Below, piece by piece: positions 1-10,339 of a stretch of DNA of 64,000 bases (the stretch's first letter is position 1; every line of letters begins with the position of its first letter). Both the position numbers and the translations under genes were made by a program. The DNA is from Candidatus Moanibacter sp. (GTDB taxonomy: Bacteria > Verrucomicrobiota > Verrucomicrobiia > Opitutales > UBA2987), in contig CBDCEW010000088.1 of assembly GCA_965215885.1 (NCBI GenBank), positions 1 to 64,000 on the forward strand, written 5' to 3'. The notes under the pieces are model-generated. The model did not search any database, was not told the DNA's origin, and worked only from the letters and a program-made list of their open reading frames with translations.

Positions 1-500
1 ATCAACTCGCGGGTCGTATGGCTGACCAGGTTCACGTTCTCCAGAATCGTCGTCACCGCCGGCATTCTCAGTCCCCCGCTCTGCAAAAATCCGTACAAGC
101 TCATCGACTCGCGCACAAACCGCCGTGCCGGTTTCGTGGTCAACGAACCCAGAAACCCTCGAATCATCACGAACACGTATACCGCATAAGCCGGCATCCG
201 CGGCCGGCCTGCCCCAAGATTCAATTCAGCAGCCAGAATATTCTCCTCCTCGATGTCCAGCTCCGGCAGCTCCGCTGTGCGCCCTTCAAAGAACCTTCGA
301 TCTTCCAATCGAAGTTTCTTCTTCTCACGCGCATGGGCGTCCAGATCCTTCTCGATCGCCTCGATGATTTGCGCCGCGAACCCGGCCAATTCTTCAACTT
401 CATCCAGAAAATCACGGAAATCCGTGTCTGGAACCGGCAGAATGAGGTTGCTAAGGGGCGTCTTATCGCTTTTGTTCTCCTCTGTCGCACATGTTGGCAT
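1..500 (-). CDS. Probable IS transposase, N-terminal part (runs off the window start; not in the ORF track)
   Basis: Manual translation from ATG at 500 is open to base 1: MPTCATEENKSDKTPLSNLILPVPDTDFRDFLDEVEELAGF...LGAGRPRMPAYAVYVFVMIRGF... The GRPR motif is typical of DDE transposase N-termini. A candidate element end GCTTTTCGGATAAGGTC|TAG lies at ~627-646. Confidence 0.6.
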   Translation of the reverse strand, partial: MPTCATEENKSDKTPLSNLILPVPDTDFRDFLDEVEELAGFAAQIIEAIEKDLDAHAREKKKLRLEDRRFFEGRTAELPELDIEEENILAAELNLGAGRPRMPAYAVYVFVMIRGFLGSLTTKPARRFVRESMSLYGFLQSGGLRMPAVTTILENVNLVSHTTREL

Positions 501-657
501 GTTTAACTCATTTCTTAATCTTAAGTTGTTAAACACTAGCATGTTGCGACACTTTTTATCAAGCCAAAAAATGGATTTTCTCAAGTTTTTCTTGCGCCTT
601 TTGCGCCTCTTTGCGGCCAATCAGTAGCTTTTCGGATAAGGTCTAGTCAAGTTCATC

Positions 658-2241
658 ATGAGTTCACCGTTAATTGACAGTTTCAACGCCGTCGCCGAGC
701 GTGCGCCGCAACGGACTGCACTCGTTGAGGGCGATCGGTCCCTGATCTTTTCCGAACTCCGTGGGCAGGTGCATGCCTACAGCGATTATTTGCGCAACCG
801 GGGTATCGAGAAGGGTGATGCGGTGCTTGTTTATGTGCCGATGGGAATTCCGCTCTACGTCATACTGCTGGCGCTCTGGCATCGGGGTGCGACGGCTGTT
901 TTTGTCGATGCCTGGACCAGTCGTAACCGCCTGCGACAGGTCGCCGAAAGCATCCAATGCAAAGCCTTTATCGGTGTGCCAAAGGCACATCTTCTGCGCC
1001 TCAGCTCATCGGCCGTCCGGCGTATCCCCGTAAAAATCTGGCAATGGCGTTGGAACTCCCCGCCTATGAACGGTAGGGAAATTGCACCGGTGAAATGCGA
1101 TGAAGCGGATACTGCATTAGTCACCTTCACAACCGGCAGTACGGGTAGACCGAAGGGCGCTAAACGGACACACGGCAATCTCCTCTCACAGGCGCGTGTC
1201 CTGCAGCGTCACCTCGAGCTGAGTCCACAGGATACAGACCTGGCAACACTACCGATTTTTGTCCTCAATAATCTCGCGCAGGGTGTCACCAGTGTTCTGG
1301 GTGCGTTCAACCCGGCATCTCCGGAATCCGCTGACCCCAAAGTATTGACGCGACTCGCGGATAAACATCATGTCAGTTGCACGGCGGGCAGTCCGGCGAT
1401 CTACGAGAAGTGGGCACGCCACTGCCGGGAAAAGGGTGGTCCTTCATCGCCGCTTGAAAAAATCTTTCTCGGCGGCGCCCCGGTCTTTCCGTCGCTGGCA
1501 CGGGAGCTGGTCACAGCGTTTCCCGATACGCGTATTGAGATTGTCTACGGCTCGACGGAAGCTGAACCCATCAGCAGTATCCTGGCTGACGACCTCATTG
1601 CGTGGGAGAACGACGTCCTGACGGCGGGACTGCCGGTCGGCAGGCCTGTGCCCGAGATTGAAGTTGCCATTGTGCAAATGACTGATGATTGCCTTCCCGA
1701 GTTGTCTGAAAAAATGTTTGCCGCACGCCGGCAGGCACCGGGGGAGGTCGGTGAAATCTGTGTTCGCGGCGACCACGTTTTGCGCGAATACTTCCATAAC
1801 CCGGAGGCCGAAGCCCGAACAAAGATCCATGTCGGCCCATCGATTTGGCACCGCACCGGTGATGCTGGTTATCTGGACGAGTGCGGCAGTCTCTTCCTCC
1901 TCGGGCGCGTCAACAGTCGTATCATGATCGATCACGACTGGTTGTTTCCATTGCCATTCGAAAACGCAGTCAGCCGACTGCCGGGAGTCCGCGGCGGCAC
2001 GATCGTAGAGGTCAACAGCCAACTGTTGGCGGTTGTCGAACGTAACACCGGCGGAACAGCGGCGACGCCAAAAAAAGATATCCTGCAGCTTCTGCGACAA
2101 CTCGCGCCAAGCGCTGACTGTGACGTTCGCTTTCAGACACTGCCGCGCGATCCGCGGCACCACTCCAAAATCGACTATTTGCGGCTCAATCAGCAACTAA
2201 CCCGCATATTTCACCGCTTTGGCGCAAACGGAGTTAAGTAG
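658..2241 (+). CDS. AMP-dependent synthetase/ligase, OleC (beta-lactone synthetase)-like
   Basis: 527 aa with AMP-binding motif TFTTGSTGRPKG, YGSTEAEP and HRTGDAG. DLATLPIFVL and C-terminal PRDPRHHSKIDY resemble the OleC-like subfamily. Confidence 0.85.
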   Translation: MSSPLIDSFNAVAERAPQRTALVEGDRSLIFSELRGQVHAYSDYLRNRGIEKGDAVLVYVPMGIPLYVILLALWHRGATAVFVDAWTSRNRLRQVAESIQCKAFIGVPKAHLLRLSSSAVRRIPVKIWQWRWNSPPMNGREIAPVKCDEADTALVTFTTGSTGRPKGAKRTHGNLLSQARVLQRHLELSPQDTDLATLPIFVLNNLAQGVTSVLGAFNPASPESADPKVLTRLADKHHVSCTAGSPAIYEKWARHCREKGGPSSPLEKIFLGGAPVFPSLARELVTAFPDTRIEIVYGSTEAEPISSILADDLIAWENDVLTAGLPVGRPVPEIEVAIVQMTDDCLPELSEKMFAARRQAPGEVGEICVRGDHVLREYFHNPEAEARTKIHVGPSIWHRTGDAGYLDECGSLFLLGRVNSRIMIDHDWLFPLPFENAVSRLPGVRGGTIVEVNSQLLAVVERNTGGTAATPKKDILQLLRQLAPSADCDVRFQTLPRDPRHHSKIDYLRLNQQLTRIFHRFGANGVK

Positions 2242-2251
2242 GAGCGCTGCG

Positions 2252-2536
2252 ATGAGACATGCATGGGTCTACCACGGGCGCTACCTCTGGCTGGCGTTGG
2301 CGTTAATCAGCGCCGGCATACTGAGCTGGCGGGTGCCGGAGTTGAAGGTCGACAGTTCAATGAAAATCTGGTTTGTCGAGGATGGCCTCGCCCTGCTGAC
2401 CGATCTGATCCTGCTGCCGGTTTCTGGAAGTTTTCTATACGACACGAAACCAGCATTTGCTCATCCTGCCTCCAAACCCCATGCGTTCGAGACGGCGGAA
2501 ATTGCGATTGAACGCCCTGCGCCTGAAAATTCCTGA
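2252..2536 (+). pseudogene. Internally deleted MMPL/RND-family transporter remnant
   Basis: An MMPL-type N-terminus (TM helix + LKVDSSMKIWFVED) is joined directly to an MMPL-type last helix (LALLTDLILLPV). Only ~95 codons; AGGAG precedes the ATG at 2252. Confidence 0.6.
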
Positions 2537-2571
2537 GCGTTGGTCAGCGTGGCCTAATTCATAGCAGTGGC

Positions 2572-3234
2572 GTGACGATGACTGAACCCGATGTTGCCCT
2601 TACCGATTACGTGCTGGCGATCGAATGTTTGATCTTCGCGGCCATCCTTCACCGGAATAAAGCTCGGAATGTGAAGCTGGGTCGGTGGTTCACCCTCTTT
2701 TTCGCATCTATTTGCGCCGCGTCTCTTTTCGGCGGCACCGTCCACGGCTTTTTTCTAGAGGTAGATTCCCTGGGACACGCTATCTTGTGGCCGGCATCGC
2801 TTTTGACAATTGGCTTAACGGCTTTGGCGGCCTGGGCGAGCGGGGCGGAGTTTCTCTTTTCAGATCGTATTTCGCGGTTGATTGCGGCTGCAGCATTCGC
2901 CGAGTTCCTGGCCTACGCCTTCGTGGTTCTGTTGATCACGGCAAGCTTCAGGATCGCCTTACTCAATTATCTACCAGCTGCTCTATTTCTGCTCCTCGCG
3001 TTTTCCGTGGTGTATCGGCGAGAGAAAAACGGGAGCTTTCTTGTTGCCGCGTGCGGACTGGTACTCACTTTCGCAGCGGCGTTGTTCCAACAGTTCGAGC
3101 TGGGGATCCATCGCGTCTATTTCAATCACAATGCCGTTTATCACATTATCCAGGCAGGTGCGCTTTTTCTGATCTTTCTGGGAGGGCGGCGCCTGGTAGC
3201 GACAGAATTCAAAACAAGGAGGGAATCATGCTGA
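2572..3234 (+). CDS. Multi-pass membrane protein (DUF6962-like)
   Basis: About 7 hydrophobic segments; motifs TEPDVALTDY, GGTVHGF and FNHNAVYH. Confidence 0.7.
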   Translation: MTMTEPDVALTDYVLAIECLIFAAILHRNKARNVKLGRWFTLFFASICAASLFGGTVHGFFLEVDSLGHAILWPASLLTIGLTALAAWASGAEFLFSDRISRLIAAAAFAEFLAYAFVVLLITASFRIALLNYLPAALFLLLAFSVVYRREKNGSFLVAACGLVLTFAAALFQQFELGIHRVYFNHNAVYHIIQAGALFLIFLGGRRLVATEFKTRRESC

Positions 3235-4730
3235 CTCGACGTGAATTTCTGGAATTGAGCGCATCAGCCGCGGCAGGTGCCGCGATTATGCCCGCGAGCA
3301 TTTTAAGGGCAAGTTCGAATTCAACCGCACTTTGGGTGAATGACATTCACTCACAGCTTAATCGGACGCGTGTCCACAGAATCACAAGGCCGGGCTCGCT
3401 CGAAGCACTCCAGGAGGTGCTTGGCACCGCCCACTCCGAAGGTCGGGCAGTAAGCATCGCAGCGGGAAGGCATGCCATGGGTGGGCAGCAGTTTGGGTCC
3501 GACACGATCCTGATCGACGCGAATGAGATGAATAACGTACTGGACTTTGATCCTGAACGAGGGGAGATCGAGGTTGGCGCGGGAATTCAGTGGCCCAGGA
3601 TGATCGATTACCTGCTTCGTGAACAGCGTGGAGAGGAACGGCAGTGGGGGATCAGACAGAAGCAAACGGGAGCCGATCGCTTAAGCATCGGCGGAGCGCT
3701 TGCCGCGAATGCACACGGGAGGGGACTACGCTACAAACCGATCGTCGGAGACGTCGCGTCCTTCACCCTGGTCGATGCAACCGGTGAGGCACGAGAGTGC
3801 AGTCGAACAAAGAATGCCGAGCTCTTCCAGCTTGCGATTGGGGGGTACGGACTATTCGGAATCATCGCGTCCGTGCGTCTTCGCCTGGCCCCGCGCCGAA
3901 AGATCGAACGGGTTGTGGAAGTGATCGATACAGTAGAACTGCCGGCTCGTTTTGAAGAGCGGATCGAAGAGGGATTTTTGTATGGAGATTTCCAGTATTC
4001 TACTGACCTCAACTCCGATACGGGATTAAGGAAGGGCGTATTCTCATGCTACCGCCCCGTGCCGGACAGCACGCAGATTCCAGAGAAGCAGGCGAAACTC
4101 CTGGAGAAAGATTGGGTCGAACTGATCCACCTTGCGCACGTCGATCGCGGTCAGGCTTTCGCCCGATACTCGGAATATTATCTCTCGACCTCGGGCCAGA
4201 TTTACTGGTCTGACACACACCAGATGAGCACCTACATCGATGACTATCACCAAGAACTCAGCGGACGACTCGGTCCGCTCCGGAACGGAACCGAGATGAT
4301 TACGGAGATTTATGTGCCACGCCATGCACTACGAGACCTCCTGGAGGATGTTCGAGGCGATTTCCTTGAAAATGATGTGAATCTGATTTACGGGACAATC
4401 CGACTCATTGAGAAAGACGATGAGACCTTTCTCGCCTGGGCCAGGGAGCGATATGCCTCTATTATCTTCAATTTGCACGTTGGACACGATGCCGATGGCC
4501 TACGGAAGGCCAAAGCAGACTTCCGGCGACTGATTGACCGCGGCATCCAGTACGGCGGCAGCTACTTTCTCACTTACCACAGATGGGCAATTCGCGAGCA
4601 GGTCCTGAAATGTTATCCGCAGTTCCCCGAGTTTCTAAGGCTGAAGGGAAAGTACGATCCCGAAGCCCGCTTTCAGAGTGAATGGTATCGCCACTATCTG
4701 AATATGTTCGGTGATGAGATCGTGGGGTAG
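3228..4730 (+). CDS. Tat-exported FAD-binding oxidoreductase (VAO/ALO/DprE1-like)
   Basis: Real start is ATG 3228 after AAGGAGGG. Twin-arginine signal MLTRREFL; FAD_binding_4 motifs GRHAMGGQ, SIGGALAANAHG, GGYGLFGII; C-terminal KYDPEARFQS. Confidence 0.88.
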   Translation: MLTRREFLELSASAAAGAAIMPASILRASSNSTALWVNDIHSQLNRTRVHRITRPGSLEALQEVLGTAHSEGRAVSIAAGRHAMGGQQFGSDTILIDANEMNNVLDFDPERGEIEVGAGIQWPRMIDYLLREQRGEERQWGIRQKQTGADRLSIGGALAANAHGRGLRYKPIVGDVASFTLVDATGEARECSRTKNAELFQLAIGGYGLFGIIASVRLRLAPRRKIERVVEVIDTVELPARFEERIEEGFLYGDFQYSTDLNSDTGLRKGVFSCYRPVPDSTQIPEKQAKLLEKDWVELIHLAHVDRGQAFARYSEYYLSTSGQIYWSDTHQMSTYIDDYHQELSGRLGPLRNGTEMITEIYVPRHALRDLLEDVRGDFLENDVNLIYGTIRLIEKDDETFLAWARERYASIIFNLHVGHDADGLRKAKADFRRLIDRGIQYGGSYFLTYHRWAIREQVLKCYPQFPEFLRLKGKYDPEARFQSEWYRHYLNMFGDEIVG

Positions 4731-4832
4731 ACCTAATCTGGTGCAAAAGTGGACTGCTTGCTAAGTTCGGAAAACTTCACGGGGTATAGGATCTCGTTTA
4801 GTCTGAGGGTAAATTCTCTTTCGATTATTTAA

Positions 4833-4927
4833 TCGCTCCGGGTTCAATTCCCCGAAGCTTGCTTCGTACCTTCAATTTTGAGATCTGGAAACTCAAATGC
4901 CTCGGGGCTTGCCCCGAGGATCTTTAC
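4833..4927 (+). mobile_element. PATE-like (IS200/IS605-derived) non-autonomous element, copy 1
   Basis: Ends nearly identical to 21499-21590. Preceded by TTAA; hairpins CGAAGCTTGCTTCG and CCTCGGGGCTTGCCCCGAGG; ends in TTAC. Confidence 0.7.
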
Positions 4928-5492
4928 TGGTTAAGTACCAATTATCTGTGGAATCATCGCTCCATCTGATGCGTTCACCCTTTTGTAAAAAGGTTTTCGG
5001 TAATTGAGTATCGTTGAACTTGAGCGTATAGCCTTTCGTAGTGATATCCGTAATCTGAACGGAATAATACTCATCATTATAGAAAATGGAAAATGTACTT
5101 CCTACCTTCTTTACACCATGGTCGGTGTGTAGAATCTTTCTACCGCTACTTTCCAAAACCATGATGCCACGAACGCCGAGTTGATCGTCAGCTAGCAGGA
5201 GAATTTCGCCGTCGTTTGGCCGCGGAGGAAGAGGAGGAGGCGCAGGTATTGGATCTGGTTCCCCATATTTATCAGGCCTGGGATCAAATACATTGGGAAA
5301 GCACTCGAAGTCCGGAACCGGTTGAGGATCAGAGTTTAGCAACTCATTCGCTTGGCTCAACACCTCTACTCGCACTTTGAATGGTATTACATTGGTTAAC
5401 ATTTCTGCATTTTCCTGATAAGTTGCATTCAGGGAAACGCCGGCGGAAAGAATCGTAGTTAATGTAATACCGACTACTTTTATTATAGTTTT

Positions 5493-6975
5493 GCCTCGTC
5501 AGCAGAATCTGTGGGTTATTTCGGGTTCAGGCAAGTCGCCCATGGTATGAAATAGGGCGATCTTAAGCACTTCGAAGCTCTTAAAGCCGTATGCTTTTCT
5601 GATAGTGAGATTTATATTGCGGTTAAAGCCCTCCACAATGCCGCAGGAAAAGGCCTTTTTGGCCCGAAACCAGTTGAGGATGAGCGGCTCGTGTTTGCGC
5701 ACCGAGCGCACGAACCTTTTGATCGGTTTGAGGCGCGAACGCATGGCGCGCGTGCACCATTTTTTCAGATACCATTGGGCCCAGTAGGGACTTTTATAAT
5801 GCCACAAGAGCTGAAAGCTCTCCTTTAGTAGATAGGCCCGCACGCTCTTCAGATCGTATTGGAGCACCTCCTTGAGGCGGATCTGTTGGGTGGGGGTGAG
5901 ATTTTGCGGATTTTTCAAGAAACAGTATTTGCTTTTGACCAGCACGTTGATGTAGCCGTCCCGTTGCAATCGCCTGGCTTCCGCAGCACGAATCTCATTG
6001 AGGGCCTTGTTCAGGTTGGCTACCAAGTGGAAGCGATCGAGGATGTGCAGCGCCTGGGGTGCCTTTTTCTTGATCACTTTGAGGTAAGGCTTCCACAGAT
6101 CCGAGCAGACGTAGAGGATCTGGCTGCTCTTTTGCGCTCCCAATTCCCAGAAAAAACGCAAGAGCGATTTTACGTTGCGCTTATTGAATACGCCCAATAG
6201 CCGCCGCCGCCCCTCGTCAAGCTGGTAGACCACGGTGAGATAGTGATGGCCTCGATGATACTGCACCTCATCGACTCCGATCGCCTCAATCCCGCTCATA
6301 TCGCGCCGTTTGAGCCCCCAACGCACCATCGCCTCGACCGACTCGAAGACGTTGCGCCAGTTCGTGCGAAAAACCCTTGCCGTCTCTTCCCAGCTCAAGC
6401 GCCTCGCCCACTGGGCCAGAAACCATTGCATTGGCCAACTCAGATGACTCTTGCCCTTGGCCCAGGGCACCTCTTCGACCTTCACCCCGCACCGCCGGCA
6501 ATTGACCCGCCGCATGCGGTAACGAAAATACACCTTCATCCCCCACAAGGGCACAAATTCAAAATGCCTCGCCTCGCTCATGTGGTCGTAGCCGCTGGCC
6601 GTCCGGCCACACCCCGAACAGCACACCCGACTATTCTTGCGCGGCTCAATCTGCACCACAATCGCCTCCTCCGATTTCACCATTTCCATACTCGCCTTTG
6701 CGTAAACAAAGCTCTTGAGCCAATAGCACCGATTCAGTAGCGTTTTGATGAGCACTGGGTCCTCCGTGTTCAGGATGTATTTTCGGTACTACTTTCATCC
6801 TCGGAACGGCCCGGTGCTTCAACCTTTCAATCCCATATGCAAAGAAAACACCGACCAGCCCCTCCGGCTGTGGAGGAGCGGGATTCAGGGCAGCGCCCTG
6901 ACTTCTCCTTGTGCTCACCGACTCTATTTCCTCTTGTAAGCGACGTTACCCACCCACAGATTCTGCTGTAGACCC
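5493..6975 (-). mobile_element. ISL3-family insertion sequence, complete
   Basis: 24-bp imperfect TIRs GCCTCGTCAGCAGAATCTGTGGGT / GGGTCTACAGCAGAATCTGTGGGT (20/24). 8-bp TSD ATAGTTTT at 5485-5492 and 6976-6983. Confidence 0.95.
5499..6755 (-). CDS. ISL3-family transposase
   Basis: CxxC zinc-finger pairs (CSGC, CRRC); IGVDE, CSDLW..Y, DRFH and EGFN..I....RKAYGF motifs. Confidence 0.95.
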   Translation of the reverse strand: MLIKTLLNRCYWLKSFVYAKASMEMVKSEEAIVVQIEPRKNSRVCCSGCGRTASGYDHMSEARHFEFVPLWGMKVYFRYRMRRVNCRRCGVKVEEVPWAKGKSHLSWPMQWFLAQWARRLSWEETARVFRTNWRNVFESVEAMVRWGLKRRDMSGIEAIGVDEVQYHRGHHYLTVVYQLDEGRRRLLGVFNKRNVKSLLRFFWELGAQKSSQILYVCSDLWKPYLKVIKKKAPQALHILDRFHLVANLNKALNEIRAAEARRLQRDGYINVLVKSKYCFLKNPQNLTPTQQIRLKEVLQYDLKSVRAYLLKESFQLLWHYKSPYWAQWYLKKWCTRAMRSRLKPIKRFVRSVRKHEPLILNWFRAKKAFSCGIVEGFNRNINLTIRKAYGFKSFEVLKIALFHTMGDLPEPEITHRFC

Positions 6976-7217
6976 ATAGTTTTTATTTTCATCATTTTTC
7001 GAGTATTCGTGTTTCAGTTGAGGCGCCGTTTCTCTTTAACAACGCATTAGCTTGGGATTTATTAGGTAAAATTGTGAATTGTTAATGGGCGATGGGAGCA
7101 CATTGGGAAGAGCATCTCGCCGCAACACTTTCCTCGAGAATTGTAAGATGCCTCCCGCTGAGCGGGATCGGTAGTGAGCAAAGGGGGGTTGGCTGCTTTG
7201 CAGTAGCATAGAAACCT

Positions 7218-7250
7218 AACGATCCCCGGGGCAAGCCCGGGGGATTCGTT
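7218..7250 (-). repeat. Solo hairpin related to the PATE right end
   Basis: Minus strand reads GGGCTTGCCCCGGGGATCGTTA versus GGGCTTGCCCCGAGGATCTTTA in the PATE copies. Confidence 0.55.
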
Positions 7251-7543
7251 GATGTTCAATGTCATATGGTGTAGCCCAAATCCTCAACTGACCCTCGGCA
7301 ACCGCCGTCGCCCGATGGGCTATGGCGAGTCAAGAGCGTGGGGGATGGAAATCAAACACAACGATGAACCGATAAGAGCAGTCCTGCCGCACGGCAGGAC
7401 AGGTAATGATCAAGTTCAAAAAACGATCACGCCTATCAGGCTGAGGCAGCAGATGATCAGGATAATGGTGAGGGCCTTTTTCTCTTGCTTCGTTAGTCGC
7501 CAGGGCATGGGTGGATGCTAAGAATTTCAAGTCTGACAGATTC

Positions 7544-8782
7544 CTAGACAAAATCGAGCGAGGGAAAATCTCCGCCGAGAATGGTACCCGGTTGACATTG
7601 AAACCAGTGTTTGAGGACGGTTGCGTAAACCTGTCGAAAGTCCGTGGAATAGGTGAGATCCTCGCCGGCAGCCAGGTTAAGGCCCGGCGCGGTCCCGTGA
7701 AGGGTACGCTTCAGCTTGCTCCCTAAGAGGAAGAGCGGGGCAGCGGTTCCGTGGTCGGTGCCGGCGCCGTTGTTTTCGCTGGGACGCCGTCCGAATTCGG
7801 AAAAAGTCATGGTAAGGACCTGGTCGTCCAAATGACGCGCATGAAGATCTTTCTGAAAGGCCGCGAGGGAGGTGGAGAGTTCCGAGAGGAGGCGGTTGTG
7901 AGCGTTGAGCTGGCCGGTATGCGTGTCGTAACCGCTTTGGGAGACAAAATAGACGCGCGTCTCGAGTTCGGCCTCTATCATGGCAGCGACGCCACGCAGT
8001 GATTGACCGAGTCGTGAATCGGGATAATCGGTGAGCGGGAGATAATCCTCGGTGATCCTTTGAATGCGTTTTTCGGTAACGATGGCATCCATCATGGTGT
8101 GTTGAAGGAAGCGGACGTTTTCTCCTTGAACAGGAGCATTAATGAGGCTCTCCATGAGGGCGGTATTAAAAGGACGCTTTCTCTCACCCATTCTCCGATT
8201 GATGCCGAAAAGGTTGTGTGGCGTTTCGGACTGGAAGGTCTGGGGAAGCTGGCTGCCGATGTGGACCGCAAGCGGACTGTCGCTTTGCGGCTTTCCGCAA
8301 CAGTTATTGTCGAAAAAACGGCCGAGCCATCCGGTGGATCGGTATTCATTGCTGTCGCTTGCGGTCTCCCAGATTTCGGATGAACGGAAGTGGCTTCGGT
8401 TAGGATTCGGATAACCGACATTCTGGACAATCCCAAGCTCACCTTCCCTGTAAAGCGCGGCCATTTCACTGAAGGCGGGATGGAAGGCGAGGTTTTCCCC
8501 GAGAGGGATCACTTCCCTACGGTTGATGGCCAGACGCGGGCGCAGCCGGTGGTAGTTGTCATCCTCAAAAGGGATAAGCGTATTGAGGCCGTCATTGCCG
8601 CCGGCGAGTTGGACCAGGACAAGAATGGTACGGTCCTTTTCGGGTGCGGGAAGGTTGGCGAGAGTGGTATGGGTAAGGAAGGCGGGGGCGAAGCGGCTGA
8701 AGGCGAGCAAACCGATACCGCGTGTGCTTCGTGTGAGGAATTCGCGTCGAGTGGAAGGCAGGTTCAAAAACTGATTATTCAT
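7544..8782 (-). CDS. DUF1501 family protein (Tat signal)
   Basis: TRREFL signal; VQLAGGNDGLNT, PNRSHFRS, YDTH, FSEFGRR, GTDHG, DFRQVYAT. Confidence 0.92.
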   Translation of the reverse strand: MNNQFLNLPSTRREFLTRSTRGIGLLAFSRFAPAFLTHTTLANLPAPEKDRTILVLVQLAGGNDGLNTLIPFEDDNYHRLRPRLAINRREVIPLGENLAFHPAFSEMAALYREGELGIVQNVGYPNPNRSHFRSSEIWETASDSNEYRSTGWLGRFFDNNCCGKPQSDSPLAVHIGSQLPQTFQSETPHNLFGINRRMGERKRPFNTALMESLINAPVQGENVRFLQHTMMDAIVTEKRIQRITEDYLPLTDYPDSRLGQSLRGVAAMIEAELETRVYFVSQSGYDTHTGQLNAHNRLLSELSTSLAAFQKDLHARHLDDQVLTMTFSEFGRRPSENNGAGTDHGTAAPLFLLGSKLKRTLHGTAPGLNLAAGEDLTYSTDFRQVYATVLKHWFQCQPGTILGGDFPSLDFV

Positions 8783-8785
8783 GAT

Positions 8786-10276
8786 TTAACAGAGATTGTA
8801 ATGTGGTGACAGCAATACCGACAGCAATAAATTCTCGACGGAGTGGCGGCGTTCGTCCTTTCCGTTTCGCAGGTAGCTTCTCAGGCTATTCGTGAATTCG
8901 GGACTCGTTTGTTCTGTTACGATATAGGTGGCAATGTGTTTGAGGAGAGCGGCATCATCCATTCGCGCTACCTGATTTAATCGTTTCCTGTCGACCGTTA
9001 ACTGCGCGCGGTCTTCAAGGCGTGCCACCATCAGTTCCGCATAGTCATCGGCGTTCAGATTCTCTTCGTTCATGGAGGAGAAAATGCTCTCCACGATCCG
9101 GCGTCGCGCAGCCAGGGTGGAGGAATTGATCCACAGTTTCGCCCCCTGCCATCCTCGCACGTTGGGAGGCGCGAAAAAAGGCTGCCCCATATTTCGCAGT
9201 CCGTTGAGCATTACCCTGGGAAAGGGCGCCACATCCAGATCGAGGTCCTGAAGCAGACCGATGTAATATTGGACCGGACTCTTTATCATATTCCCCCGAA
9301 ACTGAGGGTGATAGAAGAGACGACTGGAGAAGACTCTCTCCACCAGGTAGCCAATACTGAACTTGTGACGGCGCCAGTTTTCTCCAAGTTCTTCAACATA
9401 GGGCGGATCGAGAGCAATTTCGCTGGAGAGATAATAGCGAAGAAATTCTCCGGGCAAAAATGTGGCTGCGGCAGGCTGTTTGAGAGTGAGCGCGATAACG
9501 TCGTCACCAGAATGACGGCCGCGATCTCCAAACACTGTCTTGTAGCCGTCGTCGTGCTGGCGATAGGCAAATCGAAAGTCCGCGCCGTCGGACTTATAGC
9601 CAGTAAAGGCGCGTGCGGCTTCCTTTATGTCTTTCTCCGTGTAGTTACCTTCTCCAAGCATGAATAGCTCGAAAAGCTCGCGGGCGAAATTCTCGTTGGG
9701 CATGCCCTTTCGACTTCGTTGCAGGTCGAGATACTGAATCATGGCAGGAGAACGGCTGACATCCTTGCACAGTCTTCCGAACTCTCCCGTGGCCTGCTCC
9801 CGGAGTAGATTTTGATGCCGATAAAGGAGGTAGGGGTGACGCACCTTAGGCAGGCCGACTACAAACACGTCCTGCAGAAATGTGACGAGTTTCTCGTAAG
9901 GGGCGTATCTGAGTTGGCGGGCGTGCATCAACCACTTTATCCCGTAGTCAAGATAAACGGCATTGCCCTCCTGACGTAGTTGCCGTCGCCTTGGGCGGCG
10001 CTCATCCTCCGGAAGGTTGCGCATGCTGCGAAATTCCCGGGAGGATTTCTCGCCGTACTTCCTTACCGAATCCGGCATCGGCATCTTAGGCGTATTTCCG
10101 AAATAGTATTCGAGAGTCGCGCCTAAGCCACGATCAACTGCCCGTTCCACTTCCTTGGGAGTGGCGGAGAATCCGATACGCCTGAGCAGATGACAGGCGT
10201 TTACTATGCCCCATTGAGATTTTGGTAGTGGCGACCACGCTCGGCCGGGTGAGAGATCCCTGTATTCAGCGCTCAT
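8786..10276 (-). CDS. DUF1800 family protein
   Basis: HLLRRIGF, PAMIQYLD, PNENFARELFELFMLG, ARAFTG, PPNVRGW; adjacent to its usual DUF1501 partner. Confidence 0.92.
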   Translation of the reverse strand: MSAEYRDLSPGRAWSPLPKSQWGIVNACHLLRRIGFSATPKEVERAVDRGLGATLEYYFGNTPKMPMPDSVRKYGEKSSREFRSMRNLPEDERRPRRRQLRQEGNAVYLDYGIKWLMHARQLRYAPYEKLVTFLQDVFVVGLPKVRHPYLLYRHQNLLREQATGEFGRLCKDVSRSPAMIQYLDLQRSRKGMPNENFARELFELFMLGEGNYTEKDIKEAARAFTGYKSDGADFRFAYRQHDDGYKTVFGDRGRHSGDDVIALTLKQPAAATFLPGEFLRYYLSSEIALDPPYVEELGENWRRHKFSIGYLVERVFSSRLFYHPQFRGNMIKSPVQYYIGLLQDLDLDVAPFPRVMLNGLRNMGQPFFAPPNVRGWQGAKLWINSSTLAARRRIVESIFSSMNEENLNADDYAELMVARLEDRAQLTVDRKRLNQVARMDDAALLKHIATYIVTEQTSPEFTNSLRSYLRNGKDERRHSVENLLLSVLLSPHYNLC

Positions 10277-10339
10277 ATCTCCTCACGGTCCTTAAACCAT
10301 CGCGGCTTTGGAAAGTTGCATCCGCGAAAGAGTTCTGAG

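Larger units (their letters stand above)
4893..6995 (-). pseudogene. Secreted hypothetical protein (possibly PilP-like) interrupted near its start by ISL3
   Basis: Removing the IS and one TSD copy gives in-frame MMKIKTIIKVVGITLTTILSAGVSLNATYQENAE-MLTNVIPF..., i.e. a signal peptide joined to ORF 4893..5402. Pro-rich linker and beta-rich C-terminal domain. Confidence 0.7.

Noticed and set aside
18..627. Plus-strand ORFs 18..506 and 253..627
   Set aside because: They are antisense shadows of the minus-strand transposase frame.
2685..3227. N-terminal 181 aa of the 681-aa ORF in the track
   Set aside because: It overlaps the membrane protein gene. The Shine-Dalgarno sequence and Tat signal place the real start at 3228.
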